Positions 48,027-59,008 of a stretch of 64,000 nt of DNA are shown here, in pieces (positions within the stretch are counted from its first letter, which is position 1; the number at the start of each line of letters is the position of its first letter). The stretch comes from an uncultured SAR86 cluster bacterium (lineage in GTDB: Bacteria; Pseudomonadota; Gammaproteobacteria; Magnimaribacterales; AG-339-G14), in the NCBI GenBank assembly GCA_902563105.1, contig CACEVU010000002.1, positions 10,592 to 74,591 of the forward strand, in the 5' to 3' direction. Both the position numbers and the translations under genes were made by a program. The notes below the pieces were generated by a model. It did not search any database, was not told the origin of the DNA, and saw only the letters and a program-made list of their open reading frames with translations.

Positions 48027-48683
48027 TTATTCAGATACCTTGTCTTTTAACATTGGAACAAATAATACCGAATCCAAAACTGTTTCAGTGAACTCATGTT
48101 TAGATTTTTTTTCCAATAACAATAAATGTTGTTTTTTTGCATCCCCTACAGGACAAATTAACTTGCCGCCTAATTCAAGTTGAGTTTTTAGTTTTAGAGG
48201 AATTTGTGAGATTGCGGCAGTGCAAAGGATTGCATCAAATTTTTTTGGGGTTGGCCATCCTAAAGTACCGTCTGACCAGCGCAACTGGTAATTAGTTATG
48301 CCAATTTTTTTAAGATTTTTTTCAGCTCTCAATGATAGTGCCTTTATTCTTTCTAAAGAAAATATTTTTCTACAAAATCTTGAAATAACAGCAGTTTGAT
48401 AGCCACAGCCAGTTCCAATTTCTAAGACTGCTCCTAACGGCTTTTCTTCTAAGACATTACCTTGAATTAAAATTTCTGTCATTTTAGCAACCACATAAGG
48501 TTGAGAAATAGTTTGCTGGAAGCCAATCGGTAACGACATATCTTGATAAGCTCTTGATGTAAATGTTACATCGACAAACTCATGTCTTGGGGTTTGATAT
48601 AGGGCTTCTAAAACTCTTGGATCTTTAATTCCTTTTTTAGAAAGGTCTTTTATTAGTTCTGTTCTGGCAAATTTAAAATTCAA
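48027..48683 (-). CDS. pcm: Protein-L-isoaspartate O-methyltransferase
   Basis: PRHEF, QTISQPY, VLEIGTGCGYQ, FVPM; TTG start. Confidence 0.95.
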   Translation of the reverse strand: MNFKFARTELIKDLSKKGIKDPRVLEALYQTPRHEFVDVTFTSRAYQDMSLPIGFQQTISQPYVVAKMTEILIQGNVLEEKPLGAVLEIGTGCGYQTAVISRFCRKIFSLERIKALSLRAEKNLKKIGITNYQLRWSDGTLGWPTPKKFDAILCTAAISQIPLKLKTQLELGGKLICPVGDAKKQHLLLLEKKSKHEFTETVLDSVLFVPMLKDKVSE

Positions 48684-48684
48684 A

Positions 48685-49368
48685 TTAGAGTGAAATTTTA
48701 GACCAATCTTCTACAGCTTGATATTCAGAGTTAGAATGCATATCTATTTTTATCGGTGAAATTGAAATATTTCCATCTTCCAAATTTTTTCTATCTGACG
48801 AATCATAATTTCTTTCACAATCTTCTTCATTGAGGAAAGTTTTTGTAATTTTAATTTTTGGATCAGGAAATTTATTATGATCTGGCACATTGATATTAAG
48901 AATTTGAAAATTCTCTAATTTTAAATTATCTAGATTATCCAATACCTTCGATATAAATTTTGCTGCAAACGAAAAATCAACTATTTCAAAAGATGCAACT
49001 GATACTGCTATTGAAGGGTATTTTAAATTTCTACCGTCTAAAGCGGCCCCAACTGTTCCAGACAAAATAGCATCGGATCCTAAATTAGGCCCAGGATTAA
49101 TTCCTGAAATTACAATTTCTGGCTCAAAAGGACACAATAAGTTCCTTGCTATCTTTACACAATCAACTGGAGTTCCATTTAAACTATAAAAATTCTCAGC
49201 GAACTTTTTATGCTTTAAAGGAGTTAAGAAAGTAATTGCGCTACTAAATCCACTTCTATTTTGATCCGGTCCAATTAGAAAAACTTCGTGATTTTCTTTT
49301 AATTCATTAAAAAGTGCTGAAATACCTGGATGGTCAAATCCATCATCATTAGTAAGAATAATTTTCAT
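48685..49368 (-). CDS. surE: 5'/3'-nucleotidase SurE
   Basis: MKIILTNDDG, GTPVDCV, SGIN.G.NLG, SGTVGAA; likely start 49368. Confidence 0.94.
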   Translation of the reverse strand: MKIILTNDDGFDHPGISALFNELKENHEVFLIGPDQNRSGFSSAITFLTPLKHKKFAENFYSLNGTPVDCVKIARNLLCPFEPEIVISGINPGPNLGSDAILSGTVGAALDGRNLKYPSIAVSVASFEIVDFSFAAKFISKVLDNLDNLKLENFQILNINVPDHNKFPDPKIKITKTFLNEEDCERNYDSSDRKNLEDGNISISPIKIDMHSNSEYQAVEDWSKISL

Positions 49369-49373
49369 ATTAT

Positions 49374-49856
49374 TTATGTTTTTATTACTAATGCCACTGC
49401 CTGAGCGCTTATCCCTTCTAGTGCACCTTCGTATCCCAAACCATCGGTTGTAGTAGCCTTGCATGAAATATCTTTTGGATTCATTTTCAGTGCCTTGGCT
49501 AAACTCGCTCCAATAATTTCCTTATATTTTTCTAGCCTTGGTTCTTCTCCAACATAAGTAAAATCAATGTTTATAATTTTAAAGCCTGCTTTAGAGATAA
49601 TTTCTGAAACTTTTGACAGAAGCTTGATACTTGAAATATCTTTGTTTTGTTCATTAGAGGGAGCTAACTCTCCAATATCTCCTAAATTACATGCTCCCAG
49701 AAGTGCATCTATTATTGCGTGACAAACAATATCGCCATCGGAATGTGCTATTACTTCATAGTTAGAGTCAATTTGAATGCCTCCTAAAACAAAGTCTTTT
49801 GTCCCTTTTATGATTTTATGTGCGTCAAAACCTTGTCCAATCCTGAAATTGCTCAC
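49374..49856 (-). CDS. ispF: MEcPP synthase IspF
   Basis: RIGQGFDAH, HSDGD, DALLGA, KATT. Confidence 0.96.
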   Translation of the reverse strand: MSNFRIGQGFDAHKIIKGTKDFVLGGIQIDSNYEVIAHSDGDIVCHAIIDALLGACNLGDIGELAPSNEQNKDISSIKLLSKVSEIISKAGFKIINIDFTYVGEEPRLEKYKEIIGASLAKALKMNPKDISCKATTTDGLGYEGALEGISAQAVALVIKT

Positions 49857-50566
49857 TAAATTCTGCCGGCAAGTTTCAAATATTGTTCTACTGTCTCCAG
49901 ATCCTCTTTTTTAGTTACCTTAATGTTAGTCTTGTTACAGGGGAAGATAGAAATTTCTTTTTTAAAAAAATGCAACATTGCACTCACTTCATCAGTGAAT
50001 ACCTTTTCTTCGTCAGTTGCTTTAATTAGTGCAGACAATAAATCCTCCAAACAAAAAACCTGAGGAGTAGCAGATAACCAAACATCATTTCGATCAAGAG
50101 ATTCTTGAACCTTTTCGTCTTTAATTAAATTTACACTTTCACTTGGTTGATAAGACAAATAACACCCTTGCCCATCTTCTTTAATTTCATCACGAGCCTT
50201 CTCCATTAATCCTAGGAGATCTTTTAGGTCTAAACAAGGTCGAGCTGCGTCATGAACAGCAACCAAGATAGACTTATCTTCATCTTCCTTTATAGCCTGG
50301 AGGCCATTAAGCACTGAAAGCATTCTTGAAGAAGCTCCAAAGCAAGTTTTGATTTTGTTATGTTGCGAAATAGGCAATGCTTCCCATGCGTCAGTATCTT
50401 CGTTTACAACTACATATACTGTTTTACATTTTTCATCTTTTAAAAATGGATCAACTGCAAATTCTATTATGGTTTTTTTTCCAACTATATTAAATTGCTT
50501 CGCTAACTTGAGCTGCGCTCTAGCACCAACTCCAGCGGCAGGTATCAAAGCAACATATTCACTCAT
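49856..50566 (-). CDS. ispD: MEP cytidylyltransferase IspD
   Basis: IPAAGVG, KQ, VHDAARP, TPQVF, NIKVT. Confidence 0.94.
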   Translation of the reverse strand: MSEYVALIPAAGVGARAQLKLAKQFNIVGKKTIIEFAVDPFLKDEKCKTVYVVVNEDTDAWEALPISQHNKIKTCFGASSRMLSVLNGLQAIKEDEDKSILVAVHDAARPCLDLKDLLGLMEKARDEIKEDGQGCYLSYQPSESVNLIKDEKVQESLDRNDVWLSATPQVFCLEDLLSALIKATDEEKVFTDEVSAMLHFFKKEISIFPCNKTNIKVTKKEDLETVEQYLKLAGRI

Positions 50567-50861
50567 TAGGAACCAGTTCTAGAAGAACTTCTCCTTTTTT
50601 AATTAAATTGAGTTCACTTCGAGCATAACCTTCTAGTGCTTCGGGATCAGAGGTAAAGCTATCAAGTTCCATTCCTGCAATTTTATTTTCTTCCTTGAGT
50701 TTGATTATTTTATTCTCCAAGATTTTTTTTTCCTGATTCATTTTAGTCAATTTACCTAAGCTATTTTCCCCATAAAATATTCCTATAATATAAAATAATA
50801 TTAAAAAAGTAAGTATCACTAAAATACTATTTAAAAAGAAATTTTTAACTTTTTCTATCAT
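50559..50861 (-). CDS. ftsB: Cell division protein FtsB
   Basis: TM segment, coiled coil, ARSELNLIKKGE; eno-ftsB-ispD synteny. Confidence 0.88.
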   Translation of the reverse strand: MIEKVKNFFLNSILVILTFLILFYIIGIFYGENSLGKLTKMNQEKKILENKIIKLKEENKIAGMELDSFTSDPEALEGYARSELNLIKKGEVLLELVPNE

Positions 50862-52144
50862 TTCTCAAGTTCCTTCATGCCTAGAAAATTTAGATCTTCC
50901 ATAGCATCTATCATTAAAAGTCTATTATATTTCGAGGTTCTATCTGATCTAGAGGGAGCGCCTGTCTTGATTTGCCCTGCACCAGTACCAATAGCTAAAT
51001 CTGCAATAAAATTGTCCTCTGTCTCACCCGAGCGATGAGAAATTACACATTTGTAATTATGTTGATAGGCTAAGTTAATAGTTTGATAAGTTTCAGAAAT
51101 TGTTCCTATTTGATTTATTTTTACTAAAACTGAATTTGCAATACGCCTATCAATTCCATCTTGAAGAACATCCTTATTTGTTACAAATAAATCATCTCCA
51201 ACTAATTGAATCTTTTTTCCAAGTTTATTAGTAAGGGTTTCCCACCCTTGCCAGTCGTTTTCATCAAGCCCGTCCTCTATTGAAGTAATGGGGTATTCTT
51301 TAACTAACTTATCAAGATAATCTGTCAACGCATTGGATGATAACTTCTCTGAATTTGAAAAAATATATTCATTTTTCTTAAATAATTCAGTTGAAGCACA
51401 ATCCAAAGCGAAAGTTACATCTTCTCCAACCTTGTAACCAGCTTTTTCAATAGAACTTGATATTAAATCTAATGCTTCTTCAGCAGAATCTATTTCAGGA
51501 GCAAATCCTCCTTCGTCGCCTACTGCTGTAGAAAAACCTTTATGGTTTAAAGTTTTTTTTAAAAAGTTAAAAACTTCTACGCCGCATATGAGACTTTCCT
51601 TGAAGGAACAAAATCCAACAGGCTGAATCATAAACTCTTGGAAATCTAACTTATTATTAGCATGCGCTCCCCCGTTTAATATATTCATCATGGGCAAGGG
51701 CATTTTCATTTCAATTTCTGAAGAAAAATGTTTTAAAAAATAATCATGAATATATTTGTAGAGAGGTTTTTTCTCTTTACTTGCTGATAACTTGCAATAA
51801 GCTAAAGACAACCCTAATAAGACATTAGCTCCAAAGTTTTTTTTATTTTTTGTCCCATCAAGTTCAATCATTCTCGAGTCAAATTCTTCCTGCATTCCAA
51901 TTTCCATACCAATGAGCTCAGGAAATAAATTTTCCTCTGCGGTTTTGATTACCTGTGAAACTCCCATACCATTGAAACTATTTCCATTGTCTCTTTTCTC
52001 TATGGCTTCCCTAGACCCAGTAGATGCACCGGAAGGAACAAAACCGACCTCTTTCAAAAAATTATCTGTTTCTATCAAAGTCGCAATTGTTGGTGTACCT
52101 CTAGAATCAAGAATCTCAAATGATTTGATTTCTTTAATTTTCAT
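50858..52144 (-). CDS. eno: Enolase
   Basis: EILDSRG.PT, VPSGASTG, VGDEGGFAP, SHRSGETED, QIKTG. Confidence 0.98.
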   Translation of the reverse strand: MKIKEIKSFEILDSRGTPTIATLIETDNFLKEVGFVPSGASTGSREAIEKRDNGNSFNGMGVSQVIKTAEENLFPELIGMEIGMQEEFDSRMIELDGTKNKKNFGANVLLGLSLAYCKLSASKEKKPLYKYIHDYFLKHFSSEIEMKMPLPMMNILNGGAHANNKLDFQEFMIQPVGFCSFKESLICGVEVFNFLKKTLNHKGFSTAVGDEGGFAPEIDSAEEALDLISSSIEKAGYKVGEDVTFALDCASTELFKKNEYIFSNSEKLSSNALTDYLDKLVKEYPITSIEDGLDENDWQGWETLTNKLGKKIQLVGDDLFVTNKDVLQDGIDRRIANSVLVKINQIGTISETYQTINLAYQHNYKCVISHRSGETEDNFIADLAIGTGAGQIKTGAPSRSDRTSKYNRLLMIDAMEDLNFLGMKELEK

Positions 52145-52148
52145 TTTT

Positions 52149-52970
52149 TCATAAACCTTTTACAGCCTTATCTACAACATTGACTCTTTCTAATAGACTT
52201 TCAAATTCATCTAAAGGTGTTGCTGAAGGACCATCGCAAAGCGCTTCTTTGGGATTAGGATGAACTTCAATGAATAAACCAGCTATACCTATGGATACTC
52301 CCGCCTTTGCTAAGTCCTCAGCTTGATCTCCCCTTCCTCCTGCAAAAGATTTCCCTGCTCCGGGTAATTGTAAAGAATGAGTCACGTCAAAAATTACAGG
52401 GCGATTAAAAGACTTAAGTTTTGATATGCCAAGCATATCTACTACTAAATTATCATAGCCAAATGATGTGCCTCTTTCGCATAACATAACTTCATCATTG
52501 CCAAAATGATTGCATTTTTCAATAATATTTCTCATTTGATCAGGAGATAAAAATTGACCTTTTTTTATATTTAATGGTTTTTTAGATTGGCAAACTTCTT
52601 TAATGAGGTCAGTTTGTCTTGATAAGAAAGCGGGAACCTGAATGACATCAACGACTTCTGAAATTTTTTCTACTTGCTTAATTTCATGTACATCAGTAAT
52701 GAGTCGATGACCATTTTTTTTTAATTCTTTAAAAATTTCTAAGCCTTTTTCTAAACCAGGTCCGCGATAGGAATCTACAGAAGATCTATTAGCTTTATCG
52801 AAAGACGCTTTAAATATAAAAGAATTTCCTTTAGATTCGGTGACATTTTTTAACTTATTTGCAACTTCAAACGCAAGTTCATAATTTTCAAGAACGTTCA
52901 AACCAGCTATAACAGTAAGTTTTTTAGAATTTGAAATTTCTATATTAGATATTTTTACATTTTCTGACAT
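52149..52970 (-). CDS. kdsA: KDO8P synthase (Asn-type, probably metal-independent)
   Basis: AGLNVLE, KASFDKANRSS, PAFLSRQTDL, KKGQF, FDVTHS. Confidence 0.96.
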   Translation of the reverse strand: MSENVKISNIEISNSKKLTVIAGLNVLENYELAFEVANKLKNVTESKGNSFIFKASFDKANRSSVDSYRGPGLEKGLEIFKELKKNGHRLITDVHEIKQVEKISEVVDVIQVPAFLSRQTDLIKEVCQSKKPLNIKKGQFLSPDQMRNIIEKCNHFGNDEVMLCERGTSFGYDNLVVDMLGISKLKSFNRPVIFDVTHSLQLPGAGKSFAGGRGDQAEDLAKAGVSIGIAGLFIEVHPNPKEALCDGPSATPLDEFESLLERVNVVDKAVKGL

Positions 52971-52971
52971 A

Positions 52972-54618
<1,647 letters not shown>

Positions 54619-54670
54619 CTAAGTATATCAGATTAGTTGGGAACTATTGGTAAAACTAATATGGATTATT

Positions 54671-55783
54671 TTATACAGACATAAATTGTCCTTGTTCTAC
54701 CTCTTCGGTTTTATCAAGAGGTCTTTCTAAAGACGCCCAATCTATTTCTCCATCGGTAGGCCAGTCTTGGTATTCAAGAACACCTAATTTGTCATATAGA
54801 GGCTTAACTTTATCGGTAAGAAGACCAATTCTAGCTAGGTTTGGGACTACCCTAGTAAATAGAAGATGTTGAAAATTGTTCGTTATGTCAGATTTACTTT
54901 GAAAAGCCACTGCATCGTCAATATCCCAACCAAAATGTTCGTAGACTTCTGATGACATAAGTCTTCCTCTCATAACAAGACAGGCTTCGTAAGCGAATTG
55001 AGCTCTTTCCTCTCTTTCTTCATCAGAAAGAGTCTTAATAAATTCTTCTAGGTAATTTACTCCAAAAGTAACATGCCTTGCTTCATCTCTTATTACTAAA
55101 TACAACAAGTCTTTAAATACTGGATCGAAAGTTCCTTGTCTTGCCAGATTGAAAGCTGCAAGAGCTAATCCCTCAATTATTATTTGCATTCCAATAAATT
55201 TTAAATCCCATCTTGGATCGGTAAGAATTTTATCTAGTAAAGACTTTAAACCTGTCCCGACAGGGTACATTACACCTACTCTAGATTGAATGTACTTATT
55301 GAATGCTTCTACATGTCTAGCTTCATCAAAAGTTTGAGAAGCGGCATAGAGTTTTGCGTTGAATGTTGGCGCACAAGAAACTAACTGAGAGGCTACAAGT
55401 AAAGCGCCTTGTTCCCCATGCAAAAATTGACTGAGCGACCAAGCTCCTCTGTGCTGCATGAAAGTAAATTTCTCTTCTCGGGACAACTTTTGATAAGGCT
55501 CATATTCATCCCAAAATATTGGAGGAGGATTTTCACCCCTTTCAGGTAAAGGACGATCCCAGTCAATATCTTGTTCTACATTCCAGTTAAGCTCTTTACC
55601 AAGTTCATAAAGTCTCTTAATTCTATTATCTTGAACGGTGTAGTCCCAATTATAAGATCCTGTAAGGGGGGTTTTAAAAAGCTCAGCAATATCCTCAACT
55701 TCTTTTTTTGATAATTTATACTCGTTTTCAACAGGAAATTCTTTGATTGATCTTGGCGTTTCGTTAAGAACTTTAATTTTCAT
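54671..55783 (-). CDS. Ferritin-like diiron protein (AurF/oxygenase-like)
   Basis: HGEQGA...DEARH and EGLA...DEARH diiron ligand pattern; 4-nt overlap with alr. Confidence 0.75.
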   Translation of the reverse strand: MKIKVLNETPRSIKEFPVENEYKLSKKEVEDIAELFKTPLTGSYNWDYTVQDNRIKRLYELGKELNWNVEQDIDWDRPLPERGENPPPIFWDEYEPYQKLSREEKFTFMQHRGAWSLSQFLHGEQGALLVASQLVSCAPTFNAKLYAASQTFDEARHVEAFNKYIQSRVGVMYPVGTGLKSLLDKILTDPRWDLKFIGMQIIIEGLALAAFNLARQGTFDPVFKDLLYLVIRDEARHVTFGVNYLEEFIKTLSDEEREERAQFAYEACLVMRGRLMSSEVYEHFGWDIDDAVAFQSKSDITNNFQHLLFTRVVPNLARIGLLTDKVKPLYDKLGVLEYQDWPTDGEIDWASLERPLDKTEEVEQGQFMSV

Positions 55784-56844
55784 AATTTATATACTTTTTT
55801 TACTCTGTTAGTAACTCCCGTCATAAGGGAATAAGAACTATTATCTGCAAATTTAGCAACAGTGTCTATATCATGTCCCTTACCCCAAATAATGATTTCG
55901 TCTTTATAACCAATTTTACTAAAATGAGATAAATCAATTGCAGTCATGTCCATAGAAATTTTGCCGATTATGGGTGCCAATTTACCTTTTATTTTTACTT
56001 TACCGCAATTGCTCATATTCAAAGGCAAGCCATCGCCATAGCCAATTGGTAAAATTCCTATTTTTGTTCTTTTTGGAGCTCTCCAAGTTCCTTCGTAACC
56101 AACTTTCTCACCTTTTTCAATTTCTTTAATAGATATAAATTTTGATTTAAGAGTCATTACAGGTTTTAACTTTACTAAATTTTTCTTTAAATTTGATTTA
56201 CTGCCAAAAAGGCTAATTCCTGGCCTTGCAATATCTTTCTGTGAAGAAGGAAAATTTATCATTCCGCCAGAATTACACAAACTTTTTTTTATATTTAATT
56301 TTTCTTTAGAAAGGATATTTTCAAATTTATTAATCTGCTGAACATTTCCCTTAAAGTTAGAAAAGTGACTCATTAAAACAATTTGGTTAGCTTTATTTTC
56401 AAATTCTTTTAATATTTTTTGAATATCTTCAATTGGAAATCCCAATCGATTCATTCCGGAATCAAACTTTAACCAAATAGGCTGAGATGAGTAAAAATTT
56501 TTTATTTTTCTTAAAAAATTTATTTGTCGACTTGAATGAACAACAAATTGTATTTTGTTTCTTAGCAGTTCTTTTGCATCTAATAAATCATATGGTCCTT
56601 CTAAATCTAAAATGGATTTTTTTGTAGAAGACCTTAAATTTATTGCCTCTTCTGAAGTAGCAACACAAAAACCGTTTATATCTTGATTACGGTTGAGATG
56701 CTTGACTACCTTTTTTAAGCCGTGACCATAAGCATTAGCTTTTACTACTGAATAAAATTTAGCAGATCTAACATTTTTTTTTAAATTTTTAACATTGATA
56801 TCTAAAGCCTTAAGATCAATTTCAGCTAATGTGGGGCGATTCAA
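55780..56844 (-). CDS. alr: Alanine racemase
   Basis: VVKANAYGHG, DSGMNRLG, RPGISLFG, GYGDG, SMDM; TTG start. Confidence 0.95.
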   Translation of the reverse strand: MNRPTLAEIDLKALDINVKNLKKNVRSAKFYSVVKANAYGHGLKKVVKHLNRNQDINGFCVATSEEAINLRSSTKKSILDLEGPYDLLDAKELLRNKIQFVVHSSRQINFLRKIKNFYSSQPIWLKFDSGMNRLGFPIEDIQKILKEFENKANQIVLMSHFSNFKGNVQQINKFENILSKEKLNIKKSLCNSGGMINFPSSQKDIARPGISLFGSKSNLKKNLVKLKPVMTLKSKFISIKEIEKGEKVGYEGTWRAPKRTKIGILPIGYGDGLPLNMSNCGKVKIKGKLAPIIGKISMDMTAIDLSHFSKIGYKDEIIIWGKGHDIDTVAKFADNSSYSLMTGVTNRVKKVYKL

Positions 56845-56845
56845 T

Positions 56846-58225
56846 TTAGTCGTCTTCTGTAAAATCAGGATTTCTTAGTGCAGGATCATCGAGGGCTAGA
56901 TCTTGGAACTTTGTGTATTTGTCAGAAAAATGTAGTTTAACGCTGCCTGTTGGTCCATTTCTATGTTTTGCAACATCAATAATTGCTAATCCTTTATTTT
57001 CTATGTCTTGTTCATATTTTTCGGCACGAAAAACGAAAGTAACAATATCGGCATCTTGCTCTATTGCTCCTGAATCTTTTAAATCTGCTAACACAGGTCT
57101 TTTCCCAGTTCGTGTTTCGGGAGCTCTGTTAAGTTGAGAAAGAGCAATTACAGGAACATCTATTTCCTTTGCTAATGCCTTTAGAGATCTTGAAATTTCA
57201 TTCATTTCAGAAACTCTATTATCGTTTCTTGTATCAGCCCTCATCAATTGCATATAGTCAATGATGATTAATCCAAGATCAGGATTCTCTCTTTTAAGCT
57301 TTCTAGATCTTGAGAGTATTTCAGAAGGAGATAAAGAAGAGGTATCGTCGATGAAAAACTTAGACCTACTGAGTAAAGAAAGAGAATTTTCAATTTCATT
57401 AAAATCGCTATCTGAAAGATTTTTGGCTTCAAAAAGTTTTTTTAACTCAATTTTTCCCAATAAGGAAATCAATCTATACATTATAGATCTGGCTGACATT
57501 TCTAAGCTAAATAAAACTGATGGAATGCCATCATTTACAAGTTGTCCAGCAATGCTAAGAGCAAATGCGGTTTTACCCATACTTGGCCTTCCTGCAATAA
57601 TAAATAGATCTCCCTGCTGAAGACCCATGGTAAGTTTATCTAAATCTCTGAAGCCAGTACTTATTCCAACTAAATCCCCATCAGATCTCATTGTCTCGTC
57701 GATCTTGTCATATACTGGTTTTATAAGGTCTTTTGCAAGCAAAGGTCCTGAACTCCTTTGAATTGAGTCTCTTAACTTATAAAGTTTCTCTTCTGCTTCA
57801 CTTAAAGCATTTTCACTTTCAAACGTATCTGATTCTTTTGCTAAAGAAGAAATATCTGCTGCAGTTGAAATTAATTTCCTGAGCGAAGAAGACTGTTTAA
57901 TTATATTAGTGTAATTAGAGAAATTAGCTGTTCCTGGAGTATCTTGAACCAGGTTTTTTACATAATTTACTTTGTCAAAGTTAGATAAAGAAGATATTTC
58001 TTTATCGCTTGAAAGAGATTCTATCAAAGTAACTGTATCTATTTCGGATCCTAAGTTTATGAGTTTTTTTATACCTCTAAAAATAACTTTGTGCTCATTA
58101 GAAATAAAGTCATTCTCGTCAATTTCTACTGACAAGGAGTCCCAAAGAGTTGGCTCGAGAATAATGCTTCCTAGAACTGCTTTTTCTGCCTCAATGGATG
58201 AAGGTAACTCATTTTCTTTTCTCAT
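56846..58225 (-). CDS. dnaB: Replicative DNA helicase
   Basis: AGRPSMGKT, FSLEMS, IDYMQLM, LSQLNR, SGAIEQDAD, KHRNGPTG; no intein. Confidence 0.98.
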   Translation of the reverse strand: MRKENELPSSIEAEKAVLGSIILEPTLWDSLSVEIDENDFISNEHKVIFRGIKKLINLGSEIDTVTLIESLSSDKEISSLSNFDKVNYVKNLVQDTPGTANFSNYTNIIKQSSSLRKLISTAADISSLAKESDTFESENALSEAEEKLYKLRDSIQRSSGPLLAKDLIKPVYDKIDETMRSDGDLVGISTGFRDLDKLTMGLQQGDLFIIAGRPSMGKTAFALSIAGQLVNDGIPSVLFSLEMSARSIMYRLISLLGKIELKKLFEAKNLSDSDFNEIENSLSLLSRSKFFIDDTSSLSPSEILSRSRKLKRENPDLGLIIIDYMQLMRADTRNDNRVSEMNEISRSLKALAKEIDVPVIALSQLNRAPETRTGKRPVLADLKDSGAIEQDADIVTFVFRAEKYEQDIENKGLAIIDVAKHRNGPTGSVKLHFSDKYTKFQDLALDDPALRNPDFTEDD

Positions 58226-58273
58226 AGTAAGATTTTTATTCTCCCACTAGAAAAGACTAAAGACAATTAGATT

Positions 58274-58726
58274 TTAAGATTCTTCGGGAACTATTTCTAA
58301 ATTAATTTTAGCAATGACATCTGGATGAAGTTCTATATCAATTTCGAATGAACCAAGTGATTTCAAAGAACCCTCTGGAAGTCTTATCGAGCTTCTTTCA
58401 ATCACAAAATTATCTTCTTCTAACAGCTCAGAAATTTCTTTTGTCCCTATAGAGCCATACATTGAGCCTTCCTCGGAAATAGCAACTTTTTGGGATATTG
58501 ATAAGCCATTTAATTTTTCATAAATTGCTTTAGAGCTTTCCAATCTTTTTTCTTCTTGAAGTTTTAATTCTTCTTGCCTGGCTTCATAAACTTTCATGTT
58601 CTCTTCATTTGCTACAATTGCTTTTCCCGATGGTAAAAGATAATTACGACCATAACCAGATTTTACTTGGACCAAATCTCCCGGATTACCAAGTCCTGTG
58701 ATACTTTCCTGTAAAATTAATTTCAT
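58274..58726 (-). CDS. rplI: 50S ribosomal protein L9
   Basis: LGNPGD.V.VKSGYGRNYLLP.GKA, YGSI, LHPDV. Confidence 0.97.
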   Translation of the reverse strand: MKLILQESITGLGNPGDLVQVKSGYGRNYLLPSGKAIVANEENMKVYEARQEELKLQEEKRLESSKAIYEKLNGLSISQKVAISEEGSMYGSIGTKEISELLEEDNFVIERSSIRLPEGSLKSLGSFEIDIELHPDVIAKINLEIVPEES

Positions 58727-58730
58727 TTAT

Positions 58731-58994
58731 TTAATGACTATCTGTAAAAGGCAATAGCGCAAGAAGCCTTGCCCTTTTGATCGCTCTTGTTAGTTGTCGT
58801 TGGTATTTAGCACTTGTTCCAGTCATTCTTGCTGGAATTATCTTTCCATTTTCTGTAACGAATTTTTTAAGTAGTTCCACATCCTTATAATCAATTTCCT
58901 CTACCCCAGCAGCGGTGAATTGACAGGCTCTTTTTGGCTTTAAAAAGTTATCTTGATTTTGCTTTTTTCTTTTATTATCTTTTTGTCTTCTCAT
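58731..58994 (-). CDS. rpsR: 30S ribosomal protein S18
   Basis: [32 protein letters not shown]. Confidence 0.97.
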   Translation of the reverse strand: MRRQKDNKRKKQNQDNFLKPKRACQFTAAGVEEIDYKDVELLKKFVTENGKIIPARMTGTSAKYQRQLTRAIKRARLLALLPFTDSH

Positions 58995-59008
58995 ATCAAA
59001 CCCTAACT

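Noticed and set aside
49369-49464. N-terminal extension of SurE in the ORF track
   Set aside because: It overlaps ispF; the canonical MKIILTNDDG start is at 49368. The same artefact applies to hinT (36560), pal (38161) and pdxB (7164).
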